A DNA stretch of 64,000 nucleotides from Gemmatimonadales bacterium (lineage in GTDB: Bacteria; Gemmatimonadota; Gemmatimonadetes; Gemmatimonadales; GWC2-71-9): positions 32,001 to 96,000 of the forward strand of contig JBBQFH010000002.1 in NCBI GenBank assembly GCA_038321865.1. The letters are read 5' to 3'. Positions 42,117-51,881 of the stretch are shown here, one piece after another. The notes under the pieces are model-generated. The model searched no databases. It saw only the letters and a program-made list of their open reading frames with translations, and was not told the origin of the DNA. Positions within the stretch are counted from its first letter, which is position 1. Each line of letters begins with the position of its first letter. The position numbers and the translations under genes are program-made.

Positions 42117-42146
42117 GGCGACGCCGGTCGCGTCGCCTCACCGTTT
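42108..42146. terminator. Bidirectional intrinsic terminator
   Basis: AAACGGTGAGGCGACGC-cggtc-GCGTCGCCTCACCGTTT, a perfect 17-bp stem with T tracts on both strands; would have terminated tRNA-Met before the insertion. Confidence 0.8.
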
Positions 42147-42162
42147 CGATCGCCCGACGTGC

Positions 42163-42208
42163 ATAGCAGGGGCGGGACTCGAACCCGCGACCCCGGCATT
42201 ATGAGTGC
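42163..42208 (-). repeat. att core: 46-bp duplicate of the tRNA-Met 3' half
   Basis: ATAGCAGGGGCGGGACTCGAACCCGCGACCCCGGCATTATGAGTGC is identical to 45440-45485. Confidence 0.95.
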
Positions 42209-42291
42209 GGGCACACCCCCCGAGCCCCCTGCCCCTCCCCCAGTCGACGCGGCTTAGAGCGGCACGACTCGGCAGGGAAGTGCCTGACTAC

Positions 42292-42313
42292 TGTTGCCAC
42301 CCGTTTTGCCATT
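42292..42313 (+). repeat. Putative integrase arm-type site pair (left end)
   Basis: TGTTGCCACC-cg-TTTTGCCATT, 12-bp period; matches the right-end pair. Confidence 0.6.
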
Positions 42314-42604
42314 GAATTGCCGCGCGGTAGCCGGGCTGCGTCCGCTAGAGCGTGCGCCAGCCGACTGAATCTCCCCACAAGACTCCCCACACGCCTTCGA
42401 AGCACATTCTGGAATTGGCGGGAATGAAACCAAGGGCGGCAGTGCAGTCACGAGTCCGGCGTGGTGCCCGGCTTAAGCCCATGCGCGCTGCAAGCCTTTG
42501 GATCTTTGCGACGCCGTGACGAATCCCCCTGTGGCCCCCTTACGCTTTCCCGGGGCGGCGGCCCCATCGGCGTCGGAAAGGTCAGCATCGCCTGCGATTT
42601 CACG

Positions 42605-42841
42605 TCAGTTCCACATCTCCTGCGCCAGCGAGGCGAGCGTATGCCCGGCCAGTTCGATCTCCCGCGCCGCCTTCCGCATAGCCGGCCAGTCATCCCCGTG
42701 GATGGCAGTATCGAGGAGGACGGTCGTCCACCTGAGCGTGGCACAGGCGTCGTTCACGTCATCAGTCCACTGGACCGCCATCCTGGTGCTCGGCGGGTCC
42801 GAGCGGGGCTCAGGACCGACCGTGGGGTTGCGGTATCTCAT
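42605..42841 (-). CDS. Hypothetical 78-aa protein (element cargo)
   Basis: GGGAGG RBS 4 nt before the ATG; helical amphipathic C-terminal half. Confidence 0.5.
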   Translation of the reverse strand: MRYRNPTVGPEPRSDPPSTRMAVQWTDDVNDACATLRWTTVLLDTAIHGDDWPAMRKAAREIELAGHTLASLAQEMWN

Positions 42842-43122
42842 AACGCCTCCCAGCTATTCCTGGTCCACTTCGGGTTATACGCAACTGTGATGTAGGGGTG
42901 GTTGCTGCGTGGCGAGCTTTTCTGACGACCGCAGCGTTCACCCGTGGTGTGATGTAGATAACATCGGTGTGATGAAGGCAGACCGAGCAAGAGTGTGAAG
43001 TTTTCTTTGGTCGCTCGACGTCAGGACACCGCACGACTCGCGGAACGCGGCTAGCTGATGGGCGCCGGCGGCTGAGAGCCTGACACCTCATTTGTTCACT
43101 CGTTCCCATAGGCAACGATTCC

Positions 43123-43563
43123 ATGGCAGAGATCAAGACTCAGCGCACGAAAGCTAGCGTCTCGGACTTCCTCAGCGCGATTCCAGACCCGATCCGCCGG
43201 AAAGAGGCTCGCACCCTCGCAGCCCTGATCCGCAAGGCTACGGGGAGCTCTCCGGCTATGTGGGGGGCCAGCATCGTGGGGTTTGGTGCGGTGACCTATA
43301 CCGGGACCCGGGGACGGACCGTCGATTGGTTTCCGGTGGGTTTCTCGCCGCGCAAGGCAACCCTCACCATTTATCTCATGGGCGGCCTGAAAGCTCATTC
43401 AGACTTGCTCAAGCAGCTTGGTCCGCACAAGGTCGGCGGCGGCTGCCTCTACCTTTCGAAGCTGGCTGAGGTCAACACCAAGGTCCTCTCCCAACTCATT
43501 GTCAGGAGCGCGGCGACCAATAGCCAAACGAACCGGCCGGCGCAGGCGAAGCCGCGAAGATGA
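43123..43563 (+). CDS. DUF1801 (YdhG-like) protein
   Basis: KTQRTKASVSDFL...PAMWGASIVGFG...GFSPRKATLTIYL...LGPHKVGGGCLY. Confidence 0.85.
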   Translation: MAEIKTQRTKASVSDFLSAIPDPIRRKEARTLAALIRKATGSSPAMWGASIVGFGAVTYTGTRGRTVDWFPVGFSPRKATLTIYLMGGLKAHSDLLKQLGPHKVGGGCLYLSKLAEVNTKVLSQLIVRSAATNSQTNRPAQAKPRR

Positions 43564-43598
43564 GGGGATCGAACCCCCGACCTCGCGCATGTAAGGCG
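43554..43598 (-). pseudogene. tRNA-Val(TAC)-like 3' half (relic att site)
   Basis: Reverse complement CGCCTTACATGCGCGAGGTCGGGGGTTCGATCCCCTCATCTTCGC has an anticodon loop and T-arm but no D-arm. Confidence 0.75.
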
Positions 43599-43692
43599 GG
43601 ACAGGCGCGTTGACTGGCGTTGGCGTGCACTCATTCTCCCTCTAGAGAGCCGGAGCAACGTGCATGAGCGTCGGCCGGCGCGTACCGCTGTT

Positions 43693-43715
43693 GGCACCAC
43701 GAACGGCACCACGAA
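43693..43715 (+). repeat. Tandem 11-mer repeat GGCACCACGAA x2 (putative relic arm sites)
   Basis: 12-bp period, ~95 bp inside the tRNA-Val relic; preceded by TGTT like the other arm sites. Confidence 0.55.
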
Positions 43716-43728
43716 GAGCTTTCCGCTC

Positions 43729-43872
43729 CTACCCCTGCATCATGTCGATGCCCTTAAGCGCCAGCACCGCCTCGTACAGCGTCGGGTAGTCCCGCTTGAA
43801 GTAGAGCAGTCGGTTGCCGTCGATGGTGTCCACTGCGTGGCAGAGATTCCGCACTGCGTCGTCGCGGGTCAT
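43729..43872 (-). CDS. Small hypothetical protein (47 aa)
   Basis: Manual translation MTRDDAVRNLCHAVDTIDGNRLLYFKRDYPTLYEAVLALKGIDMMQG; protein-like composition with GC3 bias; below the ORF-track cutoff. Confidence 0.4.
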   Translation of the reverse strand: MTRDDAVRNLCHAVDTIDGNRLLYFKRDYPTLYEAVLALKGIDMMQG

Positions 43873-43986
43873 CACAGCGGCCCCGGAATATCGCAGGTCC
43901 ACCGCTCCGTCGTCGGCTCACCAACCTCACCACCACCGGCCTGGGTCGCGATCGCACGGAGGATTCCCCGCGAGCTCCTGCTTGCC

Positions 43987-44241
43987 TTGCTGGGCGAGGC
44001 GGCATCCGCCGGCGTCGGCCCCAATCTCCCCGACTACCTGACCCAGCAGGAGGCCGCGGCCCTTCTCCGCGTTTGTCCCCGCTTCCTTCGCGGCTCCTCC
44101 TGCCCCAAGCAGCTGCTGCCGTCTGGCGGCCCCCGTGGTCGGCCGCTCGTGCGCTATCTTCGCTCGGAGGTGCTGGCGTGGGCCAGTGCCCGGGCGCTCC
44201 GTCCCCTGCCCCACGTCGCGTCACACCGAAAGGCATCGTGA
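43987..44241 (+). CDS. Excisionase-like winged-HTH protein (start uncertain)
   Basis: YLTQQEAAALLRV...LVRYLRSEVLAWA, a MerR/Xis-type HTH pattern; its stop overlaps the integrase ATG. Confidence 0.65.
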   Translation: MLGEAASAGVGPNLPDYLTQQEAAALLRVCPRFLRGSSCPKQLLPSGGPRGRPLVRYLRSEVLAWASARALRPLPHVASHRKAS

Positions 44242-45495
44242 TGGTCTTTCGCCGGCGTCCCCGCCCCCAAATGGTATCTCTACCTCCCGACCCGGACCGG
44301 CTGGGTCCAACGCTCGAGCGGGACCACGGACAAGGCGACCGCACGGGCGATGGCGCAGATGCTCGCCGCCCTGGGGCCGCGGGGCACGCCCGACTGGGAA
44401 CTGCTCGATGCCGTGCTGGCGGACACGGTCACGATCGGCACGCTCTACGATGCCTGGCAGCACGATGATCTCGCGGGCCTGCGCGCCCGGCTCACCGATA
44501 TTGACGTCACCGGCCATATCGACGGCTGGCAGAGGTGGCTCGGGGATCGCGTGGCGCCGGACACCGCCCAGCATTACCTGGTGTACCTGACGACGCTCAT
44601 GCCGTCGGGTGAGCCGTTCTGGCGGTCCGCCCTCAGCGCGCCGACCGTCGCCCGCTGGCTCGCCGCGCGGGCCGGCGTGTCCGCCGGGACGAAGCGGAAG
44701 TACCTAGCAGCCGTGCAATCGTTCGCCAAGTATCTGCTTGAGGTCGGCGTGCTGGCCGAGCACCCGCTCCGCGACGTGTCGCCGCCGCCCGCGGCGGATC
44801 CCCGCTGCCACTTCCTCGAGCTGCCCGATGTCCGCCGCGTGGTGGAGGGGGCGCCGCAGCCGTTCCGGGCGATGTACGCGCTCGCCTATGGCGCTGGGCT
44901 CGAGGTGAGTGCCATTCTCGGGCTGGTGGACGCCGATGTGGATCCCGTCGCGCGCCAGGTCCGCGCCCGCGGCACGAAGGCGTGGACGCGCGACCGGCTC
45001 GCGCGGGTGGCGGATTGGGCGTGGCCGCACGTGGCGGAGCACCTCGCGGCCGTGCTGCCGGGCAGCCGGGTCTTCCTCGGGATGGATCGCTGGATCGTCG
45101 GTGAGGCGCACCGGACCCGTGTGCGAGCACTGGGGCTCGACGGCTACCGCCTGCACGACGCACGACACCACTGGGCCGTCCGGATGGCGCGGGCTGGCGC
45201 GCCGCTCGAGCTGATCGCGCGCCAGCTGGGGCACCGGGACACCGCGATGTGCTCGAAAGTCTATGCCCGCTTCACGCCGAACACGGTGGAACGCGACCGC
45301 TGGGAGGGTGTGGCGGCGAGCTCGGATGAGGCAAAATGGGGACGCCTTGTTGCCACCAGTGTTGCCACCGAGATGGATAACCGTGTGGAGTCACGCGAGG
45401 ATAGCGCGGGAACAGCTGACGATGCAGCGAGTTATGTCAATAGCAGGGGCGGGACTCGAACCCGCGACCCCGGCATTATGAGTGCCGTGCTCTAA
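44241..45495 (+). CDS. Tyrosine recombinase/integrase (apparent +1 frameshift near 44265-44268)
   Basis: TKRKYLAAVQSF, RGTK, LHDARH, QLGH, KVY; the N-terminal MVFRRRPRP and KWYLYLPTRTGWVQRSSGTTDK are in different frames. Confidence 0.88.
45348..45369 (+). repeat. Putative integrase arm-type site pair (right end)
   Basis: TGTTGCCACC-ag-TGTTGCCACC, a perfect tandem repeat ~70 bp from the core. Confidence 0.65.
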
Positions 45496-45514
45496 CCAGC
45501 TGAGCTACCCTGCC
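45441..45514 (-). tRNA. tRNA-Met(CAT), elongator type
   Basis: Reverse complement GGCAGGGTAGCTCAGCTGGTTAGAGCACGGCACTCATAATGCCGGGGTCGCGGGTTCGAGTCCCGCCCCTGCTA; no C1 mismatch or GGG/CCC anticodon stem of initiator tRNA. Confidence 0.92.
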
Positions 45515-45552
45515 GAAGGAGGGGCAATCCTAGCCCGTGCGGCGGCGGTGCG

Positions 45553-47135
<1,583 letters not shown>

Positions 47136-47204
47136 TCACATGAGTACGGCGGACGCGGGCAACCTAGCGGTCGCCAGCGGAGGCGTCAACGTGGGCTGTG
47201 ATGC

Positions 47205-48170
47205 CTACGCAAAGTGATCAAAGCCGGCCGCGCGCACCGGATGGCCATCGAGCGACATCACCACCGTGCCGCCGTCGGTCACGCGACCGATTCGGGTCAG
47301 CGGGAGCATGCAGTCGCCGCGAAACGTCGTGGCCTCCGCCACGCTGAACTCGGGCGGCAGCACGACGAGCAGCTCATAGTCCTCGCCCCCTCGCGCGGCG
47401 AAAACGGCAGCCTCCTCGCCGGCCCGAACGGCGGCCGCGCCGACGGACTGGGCGAGCGGCAGTGTGCCCAGGTCCAGCTCGAGTCCGACCGCCGACGCCG
47501 CGGCGAGATGGCCGGCGTCCGATGCCAGGCCATCGCTCAGGTCCAGCATCGCCCGCGCCCCGTGAGCCGCAAGCCAGCGACCTGCGCGCAACCGCGGCAC
47601 CGGGTGCGCGAAGGCGTCGCGGGCAACGCTGTCCGGCTCGCCACCCGCGGTCCACGCCTCGAGCGCCGCGCGCGCGGCGCCGAGGGAACCGGTGACCCAC
47701 ACACCATCTCCGGGAACCGCGCCGGTTCGCGCGACAGGTGCCACGGCTCGGCCCAGCGCCGTGACGGCGATTGTCCAGTCCGTGCCGACCGACAGATCCC
47801 CACCGAGCACCTGGCCGCCGGCGGCGGTGGCGGCCAGGCCGACGCCACGCATAAGGGCGGACACATCCGACTCGGGCGCCGCGCGTGGCGCGGCAACGGC
47901 GGCCAGGACTCCCAGGCAATCCGCACCCTGTGCGGCAAGGTCGGACAGCGCCGCCGCGGCTGCCCGCCACCCGCTCTCCTCCATGGTCAGCCAGTGCCGG
48001 CGGAAATGCACGCCCTCGACGGAGAGGTCGGTACTGACGACGAGCGATCCGGCGAACGGAGGAACCACGGCACAATCATCCCCCAGCGACGCCGCGGACG
48101 GTCCCAGTACCTGTGCGATAGCGCGAATTCGATCGAACTCGACACCCGGGCCGAGCGGCGTATGGCTCAC
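47205..48170 (-). CDS. thiL: Thiamine-monophosphate kinase
   Basis: GDDCA, STDLSVEGVHF, LSDLAAQG, GGD, DLSDGL, GGEDYEL, GFDHF. Confidence 0.94.
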   Translation of the reverse strand: MSHTPLGPGVEFDRIRAIAQVLGPSAASLGDDCAVVPPFAGSLVVSTDLSVEGVHFRRHWLTMEESGWRAAAAALSDLAAQGADCLGVLAAVAAPRAAPESDVSALMRGVGLAATAAGGQVLGGDLSVGTDWTIAVTALGRAVAPVARTGAVPGDGVWVTGSLGAARAALEAWTAGGEPDSVARDAFAHPVPRLRAGRWLAAHGARAMLDLSDGLASDAGHLAAASAVGLELDLGTLPLAQSVGAAAVRAGEEAAVFAARGGEDYELLVVLPPEFSVAEATTFRGDCMLPLTRIGRVTDGGTVVMSLDGHPVRAAGFDHFA

Positions 48171-49747
48171 GGCCGGATGGCGTCGAGCCGAAAACGGACC
48201 AGACCGGCGGAGGTAGCGACCCAGAGATAGTCGGGGTCGATGGCAAGATCACGGATGTCGCCGGGGATGTCCCCGGCAAGGAACGATCGAAGCGGAGGGG
48301 AGTTGAGCCGCGCATACCCGAGCCCGCGATCGCCGGCGATCCAGAAACCATTCCCGTCGGCCCGGAGGGCGCGGAGGGTGCCGAGCTGACCGGACAGCGA
48401 TGGACCGAGCGACCAGCCGCCGTGCGGAGCCCGCCAGAGCAGCTGATCGGGCGTCAGCGCGACGAGGGTATCGGCAAGCCACGCGAGGCCGACGACAGGG
48501 ACCTGCAGGCTCGCGGTATTGAGCGCAGCGGGTCGGACGAGCTCCGCCGAATCACCGACCGCAAACAGGAGCCCCGACTGCGTACCGGCCCAGACCGTGT
48601 CCGCCGACATTCCGACCGCGAACGCCACGCCGTCGAACGACCGGGCCACCCGATGGATCCGCAGCGAGTCATCGATGCGGACGATGCCGCGGGCGGTGCC
48701 CGCGGTGACCTGGCCGTAGCGTGACACCAGCGAGAACACGCGCCCATCGGGAAGACCGGCCGCCTGGTCGAACAGGCGTACCCGCCCGCTCCCCGGCTCG
48801 ATTCGCGCGACGCCGTAGTCGGTGGCCGCCCACAGCGCCGCTCCCTGGCCCACCAGACGGCGCGACTGGGTAAACGGCAGCCCAGTCGCGCCCGGCCCCT
48901 GTATGGTGGTGAATTCGCTCAGGTCCGACGCCACGAACGTCAGGCCGACGTCGGAATTCTGACTGCGGTCGGTCGCCGCCCACACACCGCCGGGCGCGGC
49001 GAAGAGGGCTCCCACGACGTCACCAGGGAGGCCGAAGGCGAGCCGCTGGGGCAGCGCGGTGCCATCGGGCAGGTAAAGCAAGCCACGTCCCCAGGTGCCG
49101 ATGAACCATCCCCGCCGATCGAAGGCCCGTGCCGCCGCGGTGTACTGAGCGTTCCGCAGGCGTGCGTCGAGCAGAATCTGCGCGCTGTTGGCCTGCAGCG
49201 TCGGGTTGGCGCGCAGCAGCTCGGTCACCGGCGTCGGCCCGACGGGCTGCGCGGGCGGAAGCGAGGGCTGCGAGGCGAAGCCACCCCGCGGCACGTTCTG
49301 CCATCCGGCGGCCGTACGGATGAAGAGCCCACGCATTGGGGCGGTTTGATCGATCGCGATCTCCAGCACCTGGCCCGCAGCAGTGCCGCGCGTCCACGAG
49401 TCGAGATCAGGCTGATAGTGCACCCAGCCGTCGGGCCGGCCGAGCCAAAGCGAGTTGTCCAGCGGATCGATCAGGGCCCCGAATACCCGGAGAAGCACGC
49501 CCGGCTCAGGTGGCTGGAACGGTCCCTCCCACCGCTGGAACTGGGGGCGCCAGATCAGCAGCGCGGACTGAGAGGTGACGAAGACGCGGTCGGATGCGGC
49601 GGCCACCGACGTGACGTGCGAAAAATCGCCGACCACGGTCCGGTCGGCGATCTGCCAATCGCGGCTCGGCCGCACCGGCGTGACCTGCGCACGTGCGGGT
49701 GCCGCGATGCAGATGGCAAGGCCGAGACCGGCAAGTCGAAGCGTCAT
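48167..49747 (-). CDS. Exported beta-propeller-like protein
   Basis: Signal peptide (…PARAQ); repeated W(A/I)(A/G)T..G(L/V) blade motifs. Confidence 0.65.
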   Translation of the reverse strand: MTLRLAGLGLAICIAAPARAQVTPVRPSRDWQIADRTVVGDFSHVTSVAAASDRVFVTSQSALLIWRPQFQRWEGPFQPPEPGVLLRVFGALIDPLDNSLWLGRPDGWVHYQPDLDSWTRGTAAGQVLEIAIDQTAPMRGLFIRTAAGWQNVPRGGFASQPSLPPAQPVGPTPVTELLRANPTLQANSAQILLDARLRNAQYTAAARAFDRRGWFIGTWGRGLLYLPDGTALPQRLAFGLPGDVVGALFAAPGGVWAATDRSQNSDVGLTFVASDLSEFTTIQGPGATGLPFTQSRRLVGQGAALWAATDYGVARIEPGSGRVRLFDQAAGLPDGRVFSLVSRYGQVTAGTARGIVRIDDSLRIHRVARSFDGVAFAVGMSADTVWAGTQSGLLFAVGDSAELVRPAALNTASLQVPVVGLAWLADTLVALTPDQLLWRAPHGGWSLGPSLSGQLGTLRALRADGNGFWIAGDRGLGYARLNSPPLRSFLAGDIPGDIRDLAIDPDYLWVATSAGLVRFRLDAIRP

Positions 49748-49871
49748 GGGGTGAAATCTATCAGCAGCGGCAGCCCGCAGCCGCGGAGGAGCTAACTTGC
49801 ACGGTGTTTCCTGCAACCATCCATCACTCGCGCAATGGCTTACGGGGCGCCCTTCATGTTGCGTCTCAGCC

Positions 49872-51425
49872 TCAGGTGGTCTGCGGCGCGGCCAGAGTGA
49901 GCAGAATTGGCGGTCGCTCGTCGAGGATGAGGCGCGAGGTCAGCGCCCACTCGCGCCAGACGTCCGGCAGCGCAGCGATCACGTCCATCGGACGCATCGC
50001 GCGTGCGGTGTGCCGCCGCGCAGCGATGTCCGCCGCGTGACCGAGGGCCTGGGCCCCCACCGCGCCAGCAGCCGATGCATCGAGCCCCTGCGCCACGAAA
50101 GTCCCGATCAGGCCACTCAGCAAATCACCGCTACCGCCGGTGGCGAGCCCGGGATTGCCCGCGGCCACCGACACGACTGCACCGCCCGGGTTCGCGATGA
50201 CGGTCGGTAATCCCTTTCGAAGGACCGCGCATCCTGCTGCGTGGGCAGCGGCCGCGGCCGCGCCCCACGGGTCCACCTCGGCAGTTCCGCCCAGCGCGGG
50301 GAACAGGCTCCGGAACTCGCCTGGGTGTGGAGTGAGAATCATCAACCGTGCACTGGCCAGCCCGCGGAGGACCTCGACCCGGCCATTGAACGCGTGGAGG
50401 CCGTCGGCATCGAGCACCAGCGCGCGGGCCCGGGACACGATCTCCGCTGCAAACGCCGCGCGCGCCTCGCCGCGGCCGAGCCCCGGGCCCAGGATGACGC
50501 AGTCGGCCCGATCGATCAGATCCCGCAGTGCCGCGGACAGCAGTCCCTCGAACGGATGCAGAAACGTCTGGACATCCGGCTCAGCCTCGGCCACGACTGC
50601 AATCGTCTCGGCTGGCGCGACGACGTGCACCAGCCCCGCGCCGGCGGCGAATGCCGCTCTGGCCGCCATGCGGGCGGCTCCCGCCATTCCCGGCGCGCCG
50701 CCGACGATGACGATCCGGCCGCGGTCGCCCTTGTGGAAGTTGGCGCGGAACCGGGGAAGCAACGCTGCCGCGGCGGCGTCGGTGACCAGCACCGGCCACG
50801 AATCGGATGGCGCTGAATGGCCGATGTCCACCACGATGATGTCGCCGGCCTCGTCGCGACCCAGCAGGTGTCCTCGACGCACGCCGCCGAACGTGATCGA
50901 GAGCGCGGCCTGCGCGGAGCCATGCACCACACCGGTGTCCAGGTCGAGACCGGTCGGGCCGTCGACGGCCACGATCGGAACGCTGAGGTCCGCCAGCCGC
51001 TCCACGAGCGCTGCGACGGCGGGCCGCGGCGCGCCGCGGGCGCCGGTGCCGAGCAACGCGTCGACCGCGATGCCGACGGCAGGCCACGGACCGTCTGGCG
51101 GGACCTCGCGCACGCCGTCAGCCACGGCCAGCTGCGCGGCGGCGGCACACAGCAGGCTCCTCTCGCCGGGCCCGCACGCCACCCACACCGGAATCCCGGC
51201 CCGATGGAGTGCCCGGGCAGCGACCCAGCCGTCACCGCCGTTGCTCCCCGCCCCTGCCGCGACAAGGACCCCCCGGGCAGCCGCGGCCGGGTAGCGCCCG
51301 GCGAGGATCGACGCGACGGCGCGCCCCGCGGCGCTCATGAGCGCGACGCGGGAAATGCCGGCTTCGTCGGAGCGGCGATCCCACTCGTCCGACTGGCTGG
51401 GAGAGAGAACAGGGATGGTTGGCAT
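49872..51425 (-). CDS. nnr: Bifunctional NAD(P)HX epimerase/dehydratase
   Basis: GSNGGDG, DALLGTG, HKGDRG, GPGLG, LDADG, TPHPGEF, LATGGSGDLLSG. Confidence 0.92.
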   Translation of the reverse strand: MPTIPVLSPSQSDEWDRRSDEAGISRVALMSAAGRAVASILAGRYPAAAARGVLVAAGAGSNGGDGWVAARALHRAGIPVWVACGPGERSLLCAAAAQLAVADGVREVPPDGPWPAVGIAVDALLGTGARGAPRPAVAALVERLADLSVPIVAVDGPTGLDLDTGVVHGSAQAALSITFGGVRRGHLLGRDEAGDIIVVDIGHSAPSDSWPVLVTDAAAAALLPRFRANFHKGDRGRIVIVGGAPGMAGAARMAARAAFAAGAGLVHVVAPAETIAVVAEAEPDVQTFLHPFEGLLSAALRDLIDRADCVILGPGLGRGEARAAFAAEIVSRARALVLDADGLHAFNGRVEVLRGLASARLMILTPHPGEFRSLFPALGGTAEVDPWGAAAAAAHAAGCAVLRKGLPTVIANPGGAVVSVAAGNPGLATGGSGDLLSGLIGTFVAQGLDASAAGAVGAQALGHAADIAARRHTARAMRPMDVIAALPDVWREWALTSRLILDERPPILLTLAAPQTT

Positions 51426-51494
51426 GGTCAGTCGACAGGCCGGAGGCGCTTCAGACGGAGCAGCCCCTGCGCGGCCGCCGACGCCGGGGACGAA

Positions 51495-51881
51495 TCACGA
51501 ACCGGAAGTATTCTGCCAGTCGTAGTCCGAGCCGAACGCGTCCGCGAAGTCGAACACCCCGGCGAAGTCGGCCTCGCGGTCGCCTGGCTGCGTGACCAGC
51601 AGGCCGACATCCACCAGCGTGAAGACGATGCGGCCGATGTCGTCGGTCCGGGTAATGCCCCAGTGACCCAGCACCGAGCCCGCCATCAGCCCGAACTGCA
51701 GCCTTGCGAAATCGCGGCATGCCCGCGCGAGCTCGGAGCCCGTGACGTGCCGGCGGACGTCGAGCTGCGACTGGAGATACTCGATCGCCGCGAGCACGAA
51801 CAGATACCCGCGCTCGTGGTACGCTCCGCCGCGTGCGCGGATCCGCGCCATGACATCGTCGGCGAACTGCAGCTCGTTCAT
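51495..51881 (-). CDS. Minf_1886-family conserved protein
   Basis: YLFVL...RHVTGSEL...[26 protein letters not shown]...DF pattern. Confidence 0.75.
   Translation of the reverse strand: MNELQFADDVMARIRARGGAYHERGYLFVLAAIEYLQSQLDVRRHVTGSELARACRDFARLQFGLMAGSVLGHWGITRTDDIGRIVFTLVDVGLLVTQPGDREADFAGVFDFADAFGSDYDWQNTSGS

Larger units (their letters stand above)
42163..45485. mobile_element. Small (~3.3 kb) integrative element inserted in tRNA-Met
   Basis: Flanking 46-bp direct repeats, tyrosine integrase, Xis-like HTH, and visibly lower GC in the left half. Confidence 0.9.

Noticed and set aside
42810..43136. 108-aa minus-strand ORF with Cys/His residues as a zinc-finger protein
   Set aside because: Low-complexity Arg/Ser/Pro composition, no RBS, and overlaps with both neighbours.
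45370..45392. DnaA-box-like GATGGATAA near the att site
   Set aside because: Two mismatches to TGTGGATAA, a single copy, and within coding sequence.
43987..45495. Xis-Int fusion by read-through of TGA 44239-44241 (same frame as the integrase body)
   Set aside because: An RBS plus ATG giving a plausible MVFRR N-terminus makes a one-base frameshift the simpler explanation.
45441..45514. tRNA-Ile2(CAT) or initiator tRNA, given tilS nearby
   Set aside because: The G2-C71/C3-G70 acceptor pattern and the absence of initiator hallmarks fit elongator Met better; Ile2 cannot be fully excluded without a covariance model.
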